Virus record (IMG/VR): IMGVR_UViG_3300020380_000001 | Location: 1-64,000 of that record | Length of the DNA: 64,000 nt | Direction: 5' to 3' (one strand) | Part shown: one piece after another, positions 38,554 to 48,843 of the stretch | Numbering within the stretch: position 1 is the first letter of the stretch | Layout: the number at the start of each line of letters is the position of its first letter | Notes under the pieces: model-generated | Database searches by the model: none | What the model was told of the DNA's origin: nothing | Seen by the model: the letters and a program-made list of their open reading frames with translations, nothing else | Translations under genes and position numbers: made by a program

Positions 38554-39171
38554 ATGGCTGATTATTCAAAATTCGGTGTGCCGCTAGATGGTAATAAGTT
38601 AGGTATGCTTCAGCCGAAGTTCCAGTATAGGTTCCGCGTTGTTTTCAAAAACATCGGGTACTCATCTGACTCAAGGGTTCTTACACAGAATATAATTTCT
38701 GCCGAGCGTCCTAAGGTTGAATTCGCAACTGTTGAACAGAATGCATACAACTCGAAGGCGTACTTTGCAGGTAGACACACATGGCAACCAATCACTATTA
38801 GACTATACGATGATATGTCTAACGGTGTTGTATCTCTTATTGGTCAACAAGTACAGAAGCAAATGAACCATAGAGAACAAACTTCGGCAACCGCGGGCGC
38901 GAACTATAAGTTCACCTGCGAAATCCACACACTAGACGGTACAAATAACGATGAAATCGAGCGTTGGGTATGTGACGGATGTTGGATCCTGAACTATACT
39001 ACGCCTGACAGTGAGTACACGTCGAACGAGGGTATGAATGAAGTTTCTATCCAACTTCAGTACGACACGGCTACCCAGTTAGTTGGCCCTAATGACTTAG
39101 GCGGCAACGTACGATCTGGCGATCCTATGCCTAATACCCCTAGTCCGGGTGATTCAATTAGCATCGGATAA
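38554..39171 (+). CDS. gp19: tail tube protein (T4 gp19-like)
   Basis: PKFQYRFRV, YNSKAYFAGRHTWQPITI..YDD, W...GCWI..Y....Y; CTAAATA at 38512. Confidence 0.88.
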   Translation: MADYSKFGVPLDGNKLGMLQPKFQYRFRVVFKNIGYSSDSRVLTQNIISAERPKVEFATVEQNAYNSKAYFAGRHTWQPITIRLYDDMSNGVVSLIGQQVQKQMNHREQTSATAGANYKFTCEIHTLDGTNNDEIERWVCDGCWILNYTTPDSEYTSNEGMNEVSIQLQYDTATQLVGPNDLGGNVRSGDPMPNTPSPGDSISIG

Positions 39172-39174
39172 TAA

Positions 39175-40518
39175 TTGATGGCAAGGCCTGATATTAATAG
39201 CCCTGGTATTGTGATCCAAGATTCCTGGCATGCCGCCAGGATCTTCGATCCTACTGATTACAACAATCCAAATGCGGTAACCTCGCTACCCACTTCTAAA
39301 GATTTATTCTTAGTTGAGTTTAAGTTTAACAACTTAAGCGAAGTAGGAAGGAAGTACGAAGAAGACATCCAGCAATCGTTCCTTATGAGCATCGTTCGCT
39401 CGGTAACAGGCGGCGGCATAAACACTGATGTGGCTTATGCAAAGGATCACCGCAACAAGAAGATAACGTATCATACCGGACTGTCGTATAATGATTTAAG
39501 CCTGACTATTGCTGATAGCGCAGACGGGCGAGCTCGCCACCTATACAACCTTTACCGTCGTTACTATTTCGGATCCGGGTGGGATTCATACAAAAACGGC
39601 GACAAAGAAGAAAAAGAACAAATAGGATCCGGCTTCCACTTCCATGGCTACAAAGTGGACGATGAAGATAACGTACCTGAGTACTTGCTTCAGTATGTGC
39701 GTATAGTGTCGTTATATGGTGGCCCACAGGGTCAAGTAATTGAGTATGTGAATCCACTCATTACAACATTCCAGCATGGTGGCCACAGCTATGATGAAGA
39801 CGGCTTTAACTCGTTTGATATTACGCTTAAGCCGCAGTCTGTAGCATTAAAGACGTTTAACCGCCATGACTTCTTGGCCGTTATGCAAGACAACCTGCCG
39901 TTCTATGATGATAATATTAGATCAGGCGGCAAGCACTATTACCCGGACGGCAGTCCTACTCGCTACATTGGTAATAGATTTGACCTCGCGTCTGCTGCCC
40001 CGACTACTGAGATATTTCTTAATCAGGGCCAGAACACCACTAATGCCGCAGCCCAAGCCGAAAGAAACACGGCAGCTAACGCCATGGCGTCTGCACAGAA
40101 CGCGACTACGACCCCTGCAGGTAGTACCTCGGTATTGTCTGGTGCTGTAGGCACAGGTGCAGTAGGTGGCACCGCTGGTAATACGGCAACCGCCGCAAAG
40201 AAAGCAGTGCAAGAAAAGCAGAAAGAAAAATCGTTTTTGGATAGCTTGCGAGAAAACGTGCCCGGCTTTGACGGATACGTGCAGATAGTAACTGACGCTC
40301 TCCCTGATTTTACTAACATTAATAGTGTTGCTAACTTCAGAGCTAGTGACTTGAAAAATGTACCTGATCGTTTAGGTAACCGCGCTAAGTGGCAAGGCAC
40401 CGGTTTTGTAGAAGAAACAGCAAAAGAAGAATGGAAAGGCGCAGCCGAAAGCGTAAAAGACTGGTACAACTCGGAAGACGAGCCAGAGCAAGAAGATCCG
40501 GGCATCACTAATGGCTGA
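39175..40518 (+). CDS. tail-tube-like baseplate initiator protein (gp48/gp54-like) with low-complexity C-terminal extension
   Basis: Tube-fold hallmarks (Y..ITL...D, Y.NPLIT.FQHG..SY) followed by an Ala/Thr-rich linker. Confidence 0.55.
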   Translation: MMARPDINSPGIVIQDSWHAARIFDPTDYNNPNAVTSLPTSKDLFLVEFKFNNLSEVGRKYEEDIQQSFLMSIVRSVTGGGINTDVAYAKDHRNKKITYHTGLSYNDLSLTIADSADGRARHLYNLYRRYYFGSGWDSYKNGDKEEKEQIGSGFHFHGYKVDDEDNVPEYLLQYVRIVSLYGGPQGQVIEYVNPLITTFQHGGHSYDEDGFNSFDITLKPQSVALKTFNRHDFLAVMQDNLPFYDDNIRSGGKHYYPDGSPTRYIGNRFDLASAAPTTEIFLNQGQNTTNAAAQAERNTAANAMASAQNATTTPAGSTSVLSGAVGTGAVGGTAGNTATAAKKAVQEKQKEKSFLDSLRENVPGFDGYVQIVTDALPDFTNINSVANFRASDLKNVPDRLGNRAKWQGTGFVEETAKEEWKGAAESVKDWYNSEDEPEQEDPGITNG

Positions 40519-40870
40519 TTTTAATTTTACAAGTGATACGAATAAGGCTGCTGAAAAGCGTTTATCGGGCATGCAATATCAACGTGAGTCAGTTGATTAC
40601 CGACGTATATTCCCGTTAGTAAGTATATTCAGAAACGCTGGTGCGAGTAATACGGTTGCTGAGTTCGCTGCCCTGCAAATGTTTAACTTGGCTGAAACAA
40701 CCGGTAAAAGCCCGTTCACTCTTGCACAAGAAACGATAGCCACAGGCAGCCTGTCTCTTGCAGATGATATCATTGATACACTTAATAGACTAGGGTACTC
40801 TGATATGCAATACGGCTCATACAGAGACTCTAGCGACCAAGTAATAGACCGTAACATTAAGAGATTTTGA
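40511..40870 (+). CDS. hypothetical protein
   Basis: ORF coupled to its neighbours. Confidence 0.7.
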   Translation: MADFNFTSDTNKAAEKRLSGMQYQRESVDYRRIFPLVSIFRNAGASNTVAEFAALQMFNLAETTGKSPFTLAQETIATGSLSLADDIIDTLNRLGYSDMQYGSYRDSSDQVIDRNIKRF

Positions 40871-41331
40871 TGAGAAACCGATTTAGTCAAGGTATATACG
40901 AAGTACAAAATACCGAAAAGTATGTCGGTAATAAGCGCCCTACATATAGATCTTCGTGGGAAAGGGGATTCATGCACACGTTGGATCACCACCCATCTGT
41001 ACTTGAATGGGCATCCGAACCTATAAAAATACCTTATGTCAACCCCCAAACTGGCCGCCCCGCTAACTACATTCCTGACTTTCTAATAAAGTATACGAAA
41101 GCTGACGGCTCTGTTGTAGTGGATTTGATTGAAATAAAACCCGCTAGTCAGACACACGAAAGTCGTGCAAAAAGTAAAAACGATAAAACACAGCAAGTTA
41201 TCAATGCAGCAAAATGGGAGGCAGCAAGTAACTTCAGCAAAATGCGCGGAATAACTTTTCGGATATTAACTGAGGATCAGTTGTTCGGGAAGAAGAGTGG
41301 AACAAAAAGAAAAAAACAGGGCTTCGGATAA
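40867..41331 (+). CDS. gp4: head completion nuclease (T4 gp4-like, TnsA-type)
   Basis: YRSSWE..FM..LD, WASEP..IPY, YIPDF, IEIKP, NAAKWEAA, FRILTE motifs. Confidence 0.9.
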   Translation: MMRNRFSQGIYEVQNTEKYVGNKRPTYRSSWERGFMHTLDHHPSVLEWASEPIKIPYVNPQTGRPANYIPDFLIKYTKADGSVVVDLIEIKPASQTHESRAKSKNDKTQQVINAAKWEAASNFSKMRGITFRILTEDQLFGKKSGTKRKKQGFG

Positions 41332-41340
41332 GCCCTGTTT
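41313..41340. terminator. bidirectional terminator between convergent genes
   Basis: AAACAGGGCTT-CGGAT-AAGCCCTGTTT. Confidence 0.75.
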
Positions 41341-41354
41341 TCGTATGTGTATAA

Positions 41355-41975
41355 TTACGCGTTAGTAGTGTAAACTGAATCAAACGCTCGTGATTTACCA
41401 GTACCGGTTGAGTTAAGGCGCTGTGCAGTTTGGCCATTAACTTGGGCGGTAAGCTTACGGGTTTCAACGTTATAAATCATTTCGTCACCGTCGAACTTGC
41501 CTGGAACAGGAACAAACGTATTCGGTGAAATTGTCTCAGACTTAATACGGCGTAGCTTGATGCCAGTAGGACCTTTTAGTCCGGTAACTTCGTAAAATGT
41601 CGCTGGACCTTCTTCGGCTGTATAGAACACTTCACCTTTAGAAATGCCTAGCGGTTTCATGCGCTTAGCACGAGTTTCAAGCTTTTTAGCTTCCTTACGT
41701 GCAACACGCTCGGCTAGTGGCTTGACCCAATCGTTAATACGTGCGTCGCGAACTTCTGCGCTATCATATGCAAAAAACGCGTCAGGTGTTGCACGCTTAC
41801 CTTGGAACATAGCTGCTTGGAATTTTTTGTTTTCTGGGTCGTCAGAAATATAAACCACAGCGTGGATTGATTCAAGCCCAGCAATACGAACAGGTGTTTT
41901 TCCTTCAATATAAGCTGCGCGGTCTTTGATCATTTCGTTAATAACGTCACGTTTTGACATACTATAGTTCCTCAT
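41355..41975 (-). CDS. hypothetical protein (start likely MSKRD)
   Basis: ORF with GAGG RBS, inserted on the opposite strand within the late cluster. Confidence 0.7.
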   Translation of the reverse strand: MRNYSMSKRDVINEMIKDRAAYIEGKTPVRIAGLESIHAVVYISDDPENKKFQAAMFQGKRATPDAFFAYDSAEVRDARINDWVKPLAERVARKEAKKLETRAKRMKPLGISKGEVFYTAEEGPATFYEVTGLKGPTGIKLRRIKSETISPNTFVPVPGKFDGDEMIYNVETRKLTAQVNGQTAQRLNSTGTGKSRAFDSVYTTNA

Positions 41976-42157
41976 GGGATTTGATAAGTTTACAATAAAT
42001 TATTTTGGCATACGAATCCTAATTCTGCGCCAGTTGCATCCTTCGATGCTCTACAACCACAATTAATACCGTAGTTGGATAAGTCATTTCAAGCGTAGTA
42101 TTGCACCAGCCGATCATGTTGTCAACACATTTTAACTAAATAAAAGAAATAAATCTG

Positions 42158-42658
42158 GTGGTAGTAATGCTAAACAAAAAAGTAGAAGAATCCTTAGACA
42201 TGATGCCGGCAAGCGATTTACGAGATATTATAGACGATAAAGAAGTTATATCTAATTCAAAAGAAACCAAGCAAGAGTTGGTTGATCGTTTAAGTGCAAT
42301 GGAGAAACTCGACGTTAGCTTGCCTAATATAAACGGGCTAGAAGAACACGAGGAAGAGATGAATCAGATCTCGGCTAAGGCCATGCAGTCTTTTAAAGAC
42401 TTGATGGACCTAGGCTTGCAAGTAAACGACAACGCTGCTGGGCGTATGTTTGAAGTCGCGGCAACTATGCTAAAGATTGCACACGATAGCTCTTCGGCTA
42501 AGGCAGACAGAAAGCTTAAAATCTTAGACATGCTAATGAAAAAAGCCAAGCTAGATAATGATGTAGACCCTAGTAAGGGACAGGGCGGCGACGGTGTTAC
42601 GTTAGACCGTGAAGAAATATTAAAGCAAATCAGGGATGCTGCGAAGAATGAGTCTTAA
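42158..42658 (+). CDS. putative terminase small subunit
   Basis: Helical protein; F.DLMDLG..V....AGR.FEVA..ML..A..A..RKLK; upstream of terL; CTAAATA at 42137. Confidence 0.5.
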   Translation: MVVMLNKKVEESLDMMPASDLRDIIDDKEVISNSKETKQELVDRLSAMEKLDVSLPNINGLEEHEEEMNQISAKAMQSFKDLMDLGLQVNDNAAGRMFEVAATMLKIAHDSSSAKADRKLKILDMLMKKAKLDNDVDPSKGQGGDGVTLDREEILKQIRDAAKNES

Positions 42659-43295
42659 TTTTACACGAAAATTTTCAGATTACTTGGGTGAATCTAACAA
42701 AACATATGAGGTGCAAGTAAAGCTAGCAAACGTGCACATGGAAGACGATATCGAAGAGGTTATCGAAGCAATAATCTCTAAGCTAGATATCGTTGAATCA
42801 ACTGGGTATAGTGAGACACCAGTAGTTACATGCCATCCGGCATTCCCTAATCTAGGTCCAACGTTTGTTACGCACTGCAAATATGTGGTCAAGTACCCGT
42901 CAACCAATGATGAAATTCGTCGCCATCTTAATCATGCGCTACGAATGGACGAGACCAACTTGCACTTAGTAGTAGACGTGCACGCACGCGCTACACCGCC
43001 AGTTATGTGCGAAGATGACGACAGCGAATATGTACCTAAAGTGTCACACGAAATACAAGACGACGAGATTCCACAAACTGATCCTGAAGTTGTGGAGGTT
43101 GCTGAGTACGAACATCCTGAGCATTTCAAGCTGAGCAAATATGACATGAACAAGGAAACGTCTGGATTTGAGCGTGATATTGCAACATACGACGAAGAGC
43201 GCGACAGCGTAGAAAGTTCTTATACTGCTCGCCCTAATGCGCCTGAAGGCATAAGCCTGTTTTCAAGTGTAGATAATCCTGATCCAGGAGCGTAA
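42636..43295 (+). CDS. hypothetical acidic protein (start likely MSLNF)
   Basis: ORF; RKFSDYLGE N-terminal motif. Confidence 0.7.
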   Translation: MLRRMSLNFTRKFSDYLGESNKTYEVQVKLANVHMEDDIEEVIEAIISKLDIVESTGYSETPVVTCHPAFPNLGPTFVTHCKYVVKYPSTNDEIRRHLNHALRMDETNLHLVVDVHARATPPVMCEDDDSEYVPKVSHEIQDDEIPQTDPEVVEVAEYEHPEHFKLSKYDMNKETSGFERDIATYDEERDSVESSYTARPNAPEGISLFSSVDNPDPGA

Positions 43296-43297
43296 CT

Positions 43298-43717
43298 GTG
43301 CGAATAAGTGAAGTTCTTAATCCGCTATACGAGTTTACCAGCACGCCGCCGGACAGACCTATCACTAAGTCAGAGCTTGATGAGCTTGAAAAATATCTAG
43401 ATCAGCTTTATGCGAAGCATGGTCTAGATATTGAGTTCACTCGCCATTTCCTTGATAGAGTAAACGACCAGCGCAACAAAAAGCAAATAACAACCGGCGA
43501 ACTTTTTAAAATGTTTGGTAAAGCCCAGCGCGACTACGGGTCAGATTTTTCCACGATCCGCAAAAGCGAACAGGGCGTAATACACGACAAAGAAACGGAT
43601 TTAAACGGTCCGTTTGTAATTGACTTTGACCGCCGCAAGAAGCAGTGGACTTTATTCGCTAAGACTGTTATGCGCAAGTCTAATTTCAAAACCACATCCA
43701 AAAAGTACGAGGTTTAA
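43298..43717 (+). CDS. hypothetical protein, possible head-internal protein
   Basis: MRISEVL N-terminus; DIEFTRHFLDRVND.RN core. Confidence 0.7.
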   Translation: MRISEVLNPLYEFTSTPPDRPITKSELDELEKYLDQLYAKHGLDIEFTRHFLDRVNDQRNKKQITTGELFKMFGKAQRDYGSDFSTIRKSEQGVIHDKETDLNGPFVIDFDRRKKQWTLFAKTVMRKSNFKTTSKKYEV

Positions 43718-45253
43718 ATGTCTGATGCGTTAGTAAAAACCCCGCACTCTAAAACGGCCTATACTAAAGCACAGTTAGGTGAGCTTGTAAAGTGCGGCAA
43801 CCCGGATAACGGACATCTTCATTTTATTGAAAACTATTTTCAGATACAGCACCCTACTAAAGGGTCAATGAAGCTTAAGCCTTTTGACTTCCAGTACGGG
43901 TTGATTGATAGCTATCACAACTATCGAAGCTCTATAAGTCTCGTATCAAGGCAGATGGGTAAGTCCACGATAGCGGCTGCCTATCTTCTTTGGTATGCTA
44001 TGTTTGTGCCTGACAGTATGATATTGATCGTATCTAACAAACACGACGGCGCTAAAGAGATCATGCACCGTATAAGATACGGCTACGAAAACTGTCCGGA
44101 CTACGTGCGAAGCGGCGTAGTAGCGTACAACAAGCACTCCATAGAATTTGACAATGGCTCTCGTATCGTGGCGCAGGCAACAACTGAGAACTCAGGTCGT
44201 GGTTTGTCAATATCATTGGTATACATGGATGAATTTGCATTCGTACAGCCCCGTATCGCTAAAGAATTCTGGACAGCACTATCGCCGACGTTATCAACAG
44301 GTGGTAAATGTATAATCACATCTACACCGAACAACGACGAAGACCAGTTCTCTGAAATTTGGCGTCAGGCTAACAAGTTAATAGACGACAACGGCAACGA
44401 GCGTCCAGTCGGTATTAACGGATTTAGACCATACTTTGCTGATTGGCGCGAACATCCTGATCGCGACGAGGATTGGTACCATGAAGAATTCAACAAAATC
44501 GGCGAAGAGCGATTCAAACGTGAGCACGAGAACCAGTTCATATCGTTTGACGAAACTCTTATTAGTCCTAAGTTCATGTTTGACTGGGAGCATATTGATC
44601 CGCTTTATAAAGAAGGCACAATACGTTGGTTTAACACACCGGCCGAGGGCATGGATTACGTAGTTGCCTTGGATCCTAGCATGGGTACTGGCGGCGACTT
44701 CGCTGCTATACAGGTTATTGAGTTGCCGAGTATGGAACAAATAGCTGAGTGGCAATCTAAGCGTACTATAATTGAAAAGCAAGTCGGTATGTTGCGGCAC
44801 ATATGTGAAACACTTGATGAAGCAGGTGCCAACGAGATTTATTGGAGTTTAGAAAACAATACGTTAGGTGAGGCTGGCTTATCAGTAATCCGTGCAATGG
44901 GCGAAGAAAACATACCCGGTATTTTTGTTTCAGCACAAGGCGGCAAGCGTAAAGGATTTACACTAACTAACCGCAGCAAACTAGAGTACTGTGCCAAGAT
45001 GAAGTCGTGGATAGAGAGCGACACGCTTCAGGTGTTTAGTAAGTTCCTTATCGGTGAATTTAAAACATTCGTTAGTTCAGGCGCTACGTACAAAGCCAAA
45101 GACGGAAACCACGATGATCTAGTTCTGTCACTTCTTCTGGCTGTACGTATTATTGACGTAATAAGTAAGTGGGACGACGAGATCATGGATGCTGTCACGG
45201 GCTATATGGACGAAGAATCGTTTGAGGAACCTATGCCCCTTGGGATCTTATAA
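43718..45253 (+). CDS. gp17: terminase large subunit (T4 gp17-like)
   Basis: SRQMGKS Walker A, YMDEFAF Walker B, ITSTPN, ALDPSMG.GGDF, HDDLV nuclease motifs; no intron or intein. Confidence 0.95.
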   Translation: MSDALVKTPHSKTAYTKAQLGELVKCGNPDNGHLHFIENYFQIQHPTKGSMKLKPFDFQYGLIDSYHNYRSSISLVSRQMGKSTIAAAYLLWYAMFVPDSMILIVSNKHDGAKEIMHRIRYGYENCPDYVRSGVVAYNKHSIEFDNGSRIVAQATTENSGRGLSISLVYMDEFAFVQPRIAKEFWTALSPTLSTGGKCIITSTPNNDEDQFSEIWRQANKLIDDNGNERPVGINGFRPYFADWREHPDRDEDWYHEEFNKIGEERFKREHENQFISFDETLISPKFMFDWEHIDPLYKEGTIRWFNTPAEGMDYVVALDPSMGTGGDFAAIQVIELPSMEQIAEWQSKRTIIEKQVGMLRHICETLDEAGANEIYWSLENNTLGEAGLSVIRAMGEENIPGIFVSAQGGKRKGFTLTNRSKLEYCAKMKSWIESDTLQVFSKFLIGEFKTFVSSGATYKAKDGNHDDLVLSLLLAVRIIDVISKWDDEIMDAVTGYMDEESFEEPMPLGIL

Positions 45254-45275
45254 ATAAAGGAAAACGGCAAAAATT

Positions 45276-46379
45276 ATGGTACAATCAGAAATCTCACTTA
45301 AAGTGTTCAAACTATTGCACTCTAAGTACAACAATATATCACTATTTGACCAAGACGGCAAGCAAGTAATGACAGCCGACTCAGCTGTTCGTTTCTTTAT
45401 AGAAAAGCCTAATATTATGGTTTACGTTAGTGAAGACATGGTGGAGTTAAACAAGGGTACTGAGGTGCAGCTTACTGATATAGAAGATATCATTGACTCC
45501 CTTAAAACACTTGCCCACCAAAACAGAAAGTCATTTAACTTAAAAGTATTCGGGAAGAGCATCGTGCCTAAAGACTTCGCACAAGAAATTACTGAATCTA
45601 AAATGTTCAGTAGCATGTACGGCAAGACCAAAACCAGCTATCAAAAAGTTGGCGAAAACACAGTAATCACTTACCGCCATACTAGTGCAGTAAACGACAA
45701 TGCCCAATCACGCATGTCTAAGCTACGTGAGATTGAAATAACGTCACATGGCAAAAAGTACATGATGCCATGGCCACATGTTATGGGCGCACGCGCTATC
45801 GCTAAGCATTTAGAAGTAGGCGGCGAGTACAGCGATGATATAGCTGAATCGTTATACGAGGCGTCTGAGCGCATACGTATGATAGGCCAGTACAGAAACT
45901 TTATCCGCAAAAAGGATCCGGTTGAGTACAACCTTGCGACTAAAGCTGCAAAGGATATCAACGGCCAAATACAAGACTTTTTAAAAGTAGGTACTGACGG
46001 CGAAGTGTCGGATATTATTGCAAGCTTGCAGGAAACTATAACAGCGGGCGCAGTTGCCACAGGCGGCGTAGCTGATAGAGCACCTTATAGTCGCAAAGTC
46101 TCTGGCATCATACGTAGATACAAAACACCTGAAAACATTATTGCTATGGTTAGCGAGAAAGTTAAGAAGGAAAAGAAGGGCATCCTCCCCAAGTCGTTTA
46201 TGTTTGAAGACGCAGGCGACGAGTTCGATTTCGTAATGAAAGAGATGGAAGAATCCAGCGATGTGTTCTACAAGTCCGTACGACAAGCAATCGAAGAAGT
46301 CTGGGACAGTTATGACGAGAAACGTCGTAAAGCAATAGTGTCACTTGCCAAAGGCGAACTAGCAGACAAAGTAAAGTAA
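45276..46379 (+). CDS. hypothetical late protein
   Basis: TATAAATA at 45249-45256; ORF between terL and ssb. Confidence 0.75.
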   Translation: MVQSEISLKVFKLLHSKYNNISLFDQDGKQVMTADSAVRFFIEKPNIMVYVSEDMVELNKGTEVQLTDIEDIIDSLKTLAHQNRKSFNLKVFGKSIVPKDFAQEITESKMFSSMYGKTKTSYQKVGENTVITYRHTSAVNDNAQSRMSKLREIEITSHGKKYMMPWPHVMGARAIAKHLEVGGEYSDDIAESLYEASERIRMIGQYRNFIRKKDPVEYNLATKAAKDINGQIQDFLKVGTDGEVSDIIASLQETITAGAVATGGVADRAPYSRKVSGIIRRYKTPENIIAMVSEKVKKEKKGILPKSFMFEDAGDEFDFVMKEMEESSDVFYKSVRQAIEEVWDSYDEKRRKAIVSLAKGELADKVK

Positions 46380-46460
46380 TACAAGGCAGCTATACGCTGC
46401 CTTTCTTCAATCCACCTCCCTGTTAGAAAAAAGTGAAAACTTTTCTAACAAAAATTATCC

Positions 46461-46490
46461 TTGACAACTAAATAAAGACAGTGCTACAAT
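46461..46490 (+). promoter_or_regulatory. nested early (TTGACA-N18-TACAAT) and late (CTAAATA) promoters for ssb
   Basis: TTGACA 46461-46466, CTAAATA 46468-46474, TACAAT 46485-46490. Confidence 0.7.
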
Positions 46491-46521
46491 GAACTTGCTC
46501 ATTATGGCACTAAATGAAAAT

Positions 46522-46618
46522 GTAAATTTTGAATCGTAAATTTTGAATCGTAAATTTTGTTTCGTAAATTAGATAGCCGTAAATTATAACAATAAAAATA
46601 AATTAAGAGTATCGTAAA
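46522..46618 (+). repeat. GTAAATT tandem repeats in the ssb leader (14-15 nt period)
   Basis: GTAAATT at 46522, 46536, 46550, 46564, 46579; GTAAAAT at 46614 overlapping the ATG. Confidence 0.85.
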
Positions 46619-47662
46619 ATGCCGGATATTAATGAAATTCGTGCACGTCTACAACGTGCTGCCGCTCAAAAAGACAACCAAGGTTCATCACGTGGACCAA
46701 GCCCACTTTATCGTCACTGGGATGCTCCTGACGATTCCCGTATTGAAGTAAGATTCCTTCCTGATGCAAATGCCGACAACGTCTATTTCTGGCGTGAAAA
46801 GCAAATGATCAAGCTTGAGTTTTCTTCGGTGCTTGGCCAACCGGACTTTAACAAGGGTAAACCTTTTATCGTACAGGTTCCTTGTGTTGAAATGTACAAT
46901 GACGGCAGATCTTGCCCTGTTAGTCGTGAAGTATCATCGTGGTTTAACACTGATATGGATAGCCTAGCACGCAAGTACTGGAAGAAACGTTCTTATATTA
47001 TGCAGGGTTTTGTTTTACAAGATCCAACTAATGAAGAACAGCCGCCTGAGAACCCTATCAGACAATTCAATATTAACTCGCAAATATTCAAGAATGTGCG
47101 CGAGGGACTACTTGACCCTGATATGCTTCACACGCCAACTGACTATAACAACGGTACAAACTTTGTTATAAAGAAAACTAAGAACGGCCAATACGCTGAT
47201 TACACCACGTCAAACTGGTCTCGTAACGAGTCTGCGCTTAGTCAAGAGCACATGGATGCAATTCAGAACTACGAGCTTAAAGATCTGAATACATTGCTTC
47301 CTAAGGTTCCGTCTGACGAGGACTTGTTAATCATTAAAGAAATGTTTGAAGCAAGTGTAAGTGGCGAACCGTATGACCCTTCTCGTTGGGGTGAACACTT
47401 CCGTCCTTATGGATTGAAAACTGAGTCGAACAACTCAGAACAAGGTACTAAACAGGCTCCGTCTACGCCAGCTGCCCCTGCTCAGTCAGCTAAAACAGAC
47501 GATGCTCCTCCGTTTAAACCTTCTACTGCTGAACCACGCCAAGAGTCACGCCCAGCACCTGCTGCAAGCGCTACGCCGGCACCAGCTGCCCCGGCTGCAC
47601 CGTCTAGTTCTGACTCTAGCGTAAATGATATTCTGGCTAAGATCCGTTCTCGCCAAAACTAA
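46619..47662 (+). CDS. gp32: single-stranded DNA-binding protein (T4 gp32-like)
   Basis: RFLPD, VPC..MY....CPV, YWKKRSY...FV..DP, FD...G.NF..K, flexible Pro/Ala tail. Confidence 0.85.
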   Translation: MPDINEIRARLQRAAAQKDNQGSSRGPSPLYRHWDAPDDSRIEVRFLPDANADNVYFWREKQMIKLEFSSVLGQPDFNKGKPFIVQVPCVEMYNDGRSCPVSREVSSWFNTDMDSLARKYWKKRSYIMQGFVLQDPTNEEQPPENPIRQFNINSQIFKNVREGLLDPDMLHTPTDYNNGTNFVIKKTKNGQYADYTTSNWSRNESALSQEHMDAIQNYELKDLNTLLPKVPSDEDLLIIKEMFEASVSGEPYDPSRWGEHFRPYGLKTESNNSEQGTKQAPSTPAAPAQSAKTDDAPPFKPSTAEPRQESRPAPAASATPAPAAPAAPSSSDSSVNDILAKIRSRQN

Positions 47663-47730
47663 TATCATGGGCAGGGGTGTAAAAACCTCTGCCGACTTTC
47701 ATACACACAGGTTACAATAAAAACAATAAT

Positions 47731-48828
47731 ATGAAACCTATCGATATCTCCAAATTCAGTAAGGACATTACTAAAGCCGTACCCGGTATTAATACAGGGT
47801 TTCAGGATCCAGTAACGTGGGTATCAACCGGCTGTTACATGTTGAATTATCTGATCTCAGGCAATTTCAACAAAGGCATCCCGTTCGGTAAAATTACCAT
47901 GTTGGCTGGTGAGTCAGGTTCCGGTAAGTCGTATATCGCATCCGGCAACCTTGCGCGTAATGCACAAGCCCAGGGCGCATTCGTAATCTTGTTAGATTCA
48001 GAAAACGCGCTAGATGAAGAGTGGCTTAAAGCAGTAGGCGTGGATACTGACCCTGACAAGTTGTTACGTATCGGCGTGGCTATGATCGACGAAGTTGCCA
48101 AAATTATCAACGAGTTCGTTGCTGGTTATAAGGCAGAACACGGCGACAAACCCGTCAAAGAACAACCACCTGTACTATTTGTTGTAGACAGCTTGGGTAT
48201 GTTACTTACTCCTACAGACAAAGATCAGTTCCAGAAAGGCGATCTTAAAGGCGACTTGGGTCGTAAAGCGAAAGCACTAACCGCGCTTATCCGTACTACC
48301 ACAAACTTGATTGCACCGTATAACGTTGGTGTAGTTTGTACGAACCACGTATACGATTCGCAAGATATGTTTGATCCGGATCCTAAAATTTCCGGTGGTA
48401 AAATGGTTGTTTTTGCGAGTTCCATTATTGTTGCAATGAACAAAATGAAACTTAAAGAAGACGCCGAAGGTAACAAAGTTAGCCAAGTTATGGGTATACG
48501 ATCCAAGTGTCGTGTAATCAAAACCCGCTACGCTAAGCCTTTCGAAGACGTTACGGTCTACATTCCTTATGAGACTGGCATGGATCCTTACTCTGGTGTA
48601 TTTGAGTTTATGGAAGCTCAACAGCTTCTTAAACGATCCGGTGCTTATTACACTGCTGTTGATATGGAAACTGGCGAAGAATTTAAGCTGCGCCGTAAAC
48701 AGTGGAAAGAGCCTGCCAATATGGAACACTTACTTCAGTTGTTCCTTAAAGTGCAAGAACTGGAAGATAAAGCAAGCCTAGCTGACGCTGAAGAAAACTT
48801 TGGCGCCGACGAAGAAGAGCAAGCTTAA
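47731..48828 (+). CDS. uvsX: RecA-like recombinase UvsX
   Basis: AGESGSGKS Walker A, DSENA, VVDSLG, TNHVY, SGG motifs. Confidence 0.93.
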   Translation: MKPIDISKFSKDITKAVPGINTGFQDPVTWVSTGCYMLNYLISGNFNKGIPFGKITMLAGESGSGKSYIASGNLARNAQAQGAFVILLDSENALDEEWLKAVGVDTDPDKLLRIGVAMIDEVAKIINEFVAGYKAEHGDKPVKEQPPVLFVVDSLGMLLTPTDKDQFQKGDLKGDLGRKAKALTALIRTTTNLIAPYNVGVVCTNHVYDSQDMFDPDPKISGGKMVVFASSIIVAMNKMKLKEDAEGNKVSQVMGIRSKCRVIKTRYAKPFEDVTVYIPYETGMDPYSGVFEFMEAQQLLKRSGAYYTAVDMETGEEFKLRRKQWKEPANMEHLLQLFLKVQELEDKASLADAEENFGADEEEQA

Positions 48829-48843
48829 TATATAGGGCACACC

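Noticed and set aside
42019-42087. Minus-strand 22-codon uORF ending in TAG upstream of 41355-41975
   Set aside because: No RBS, and read-through is not in frame with the downstream gene, so it is not an amber-gated case.
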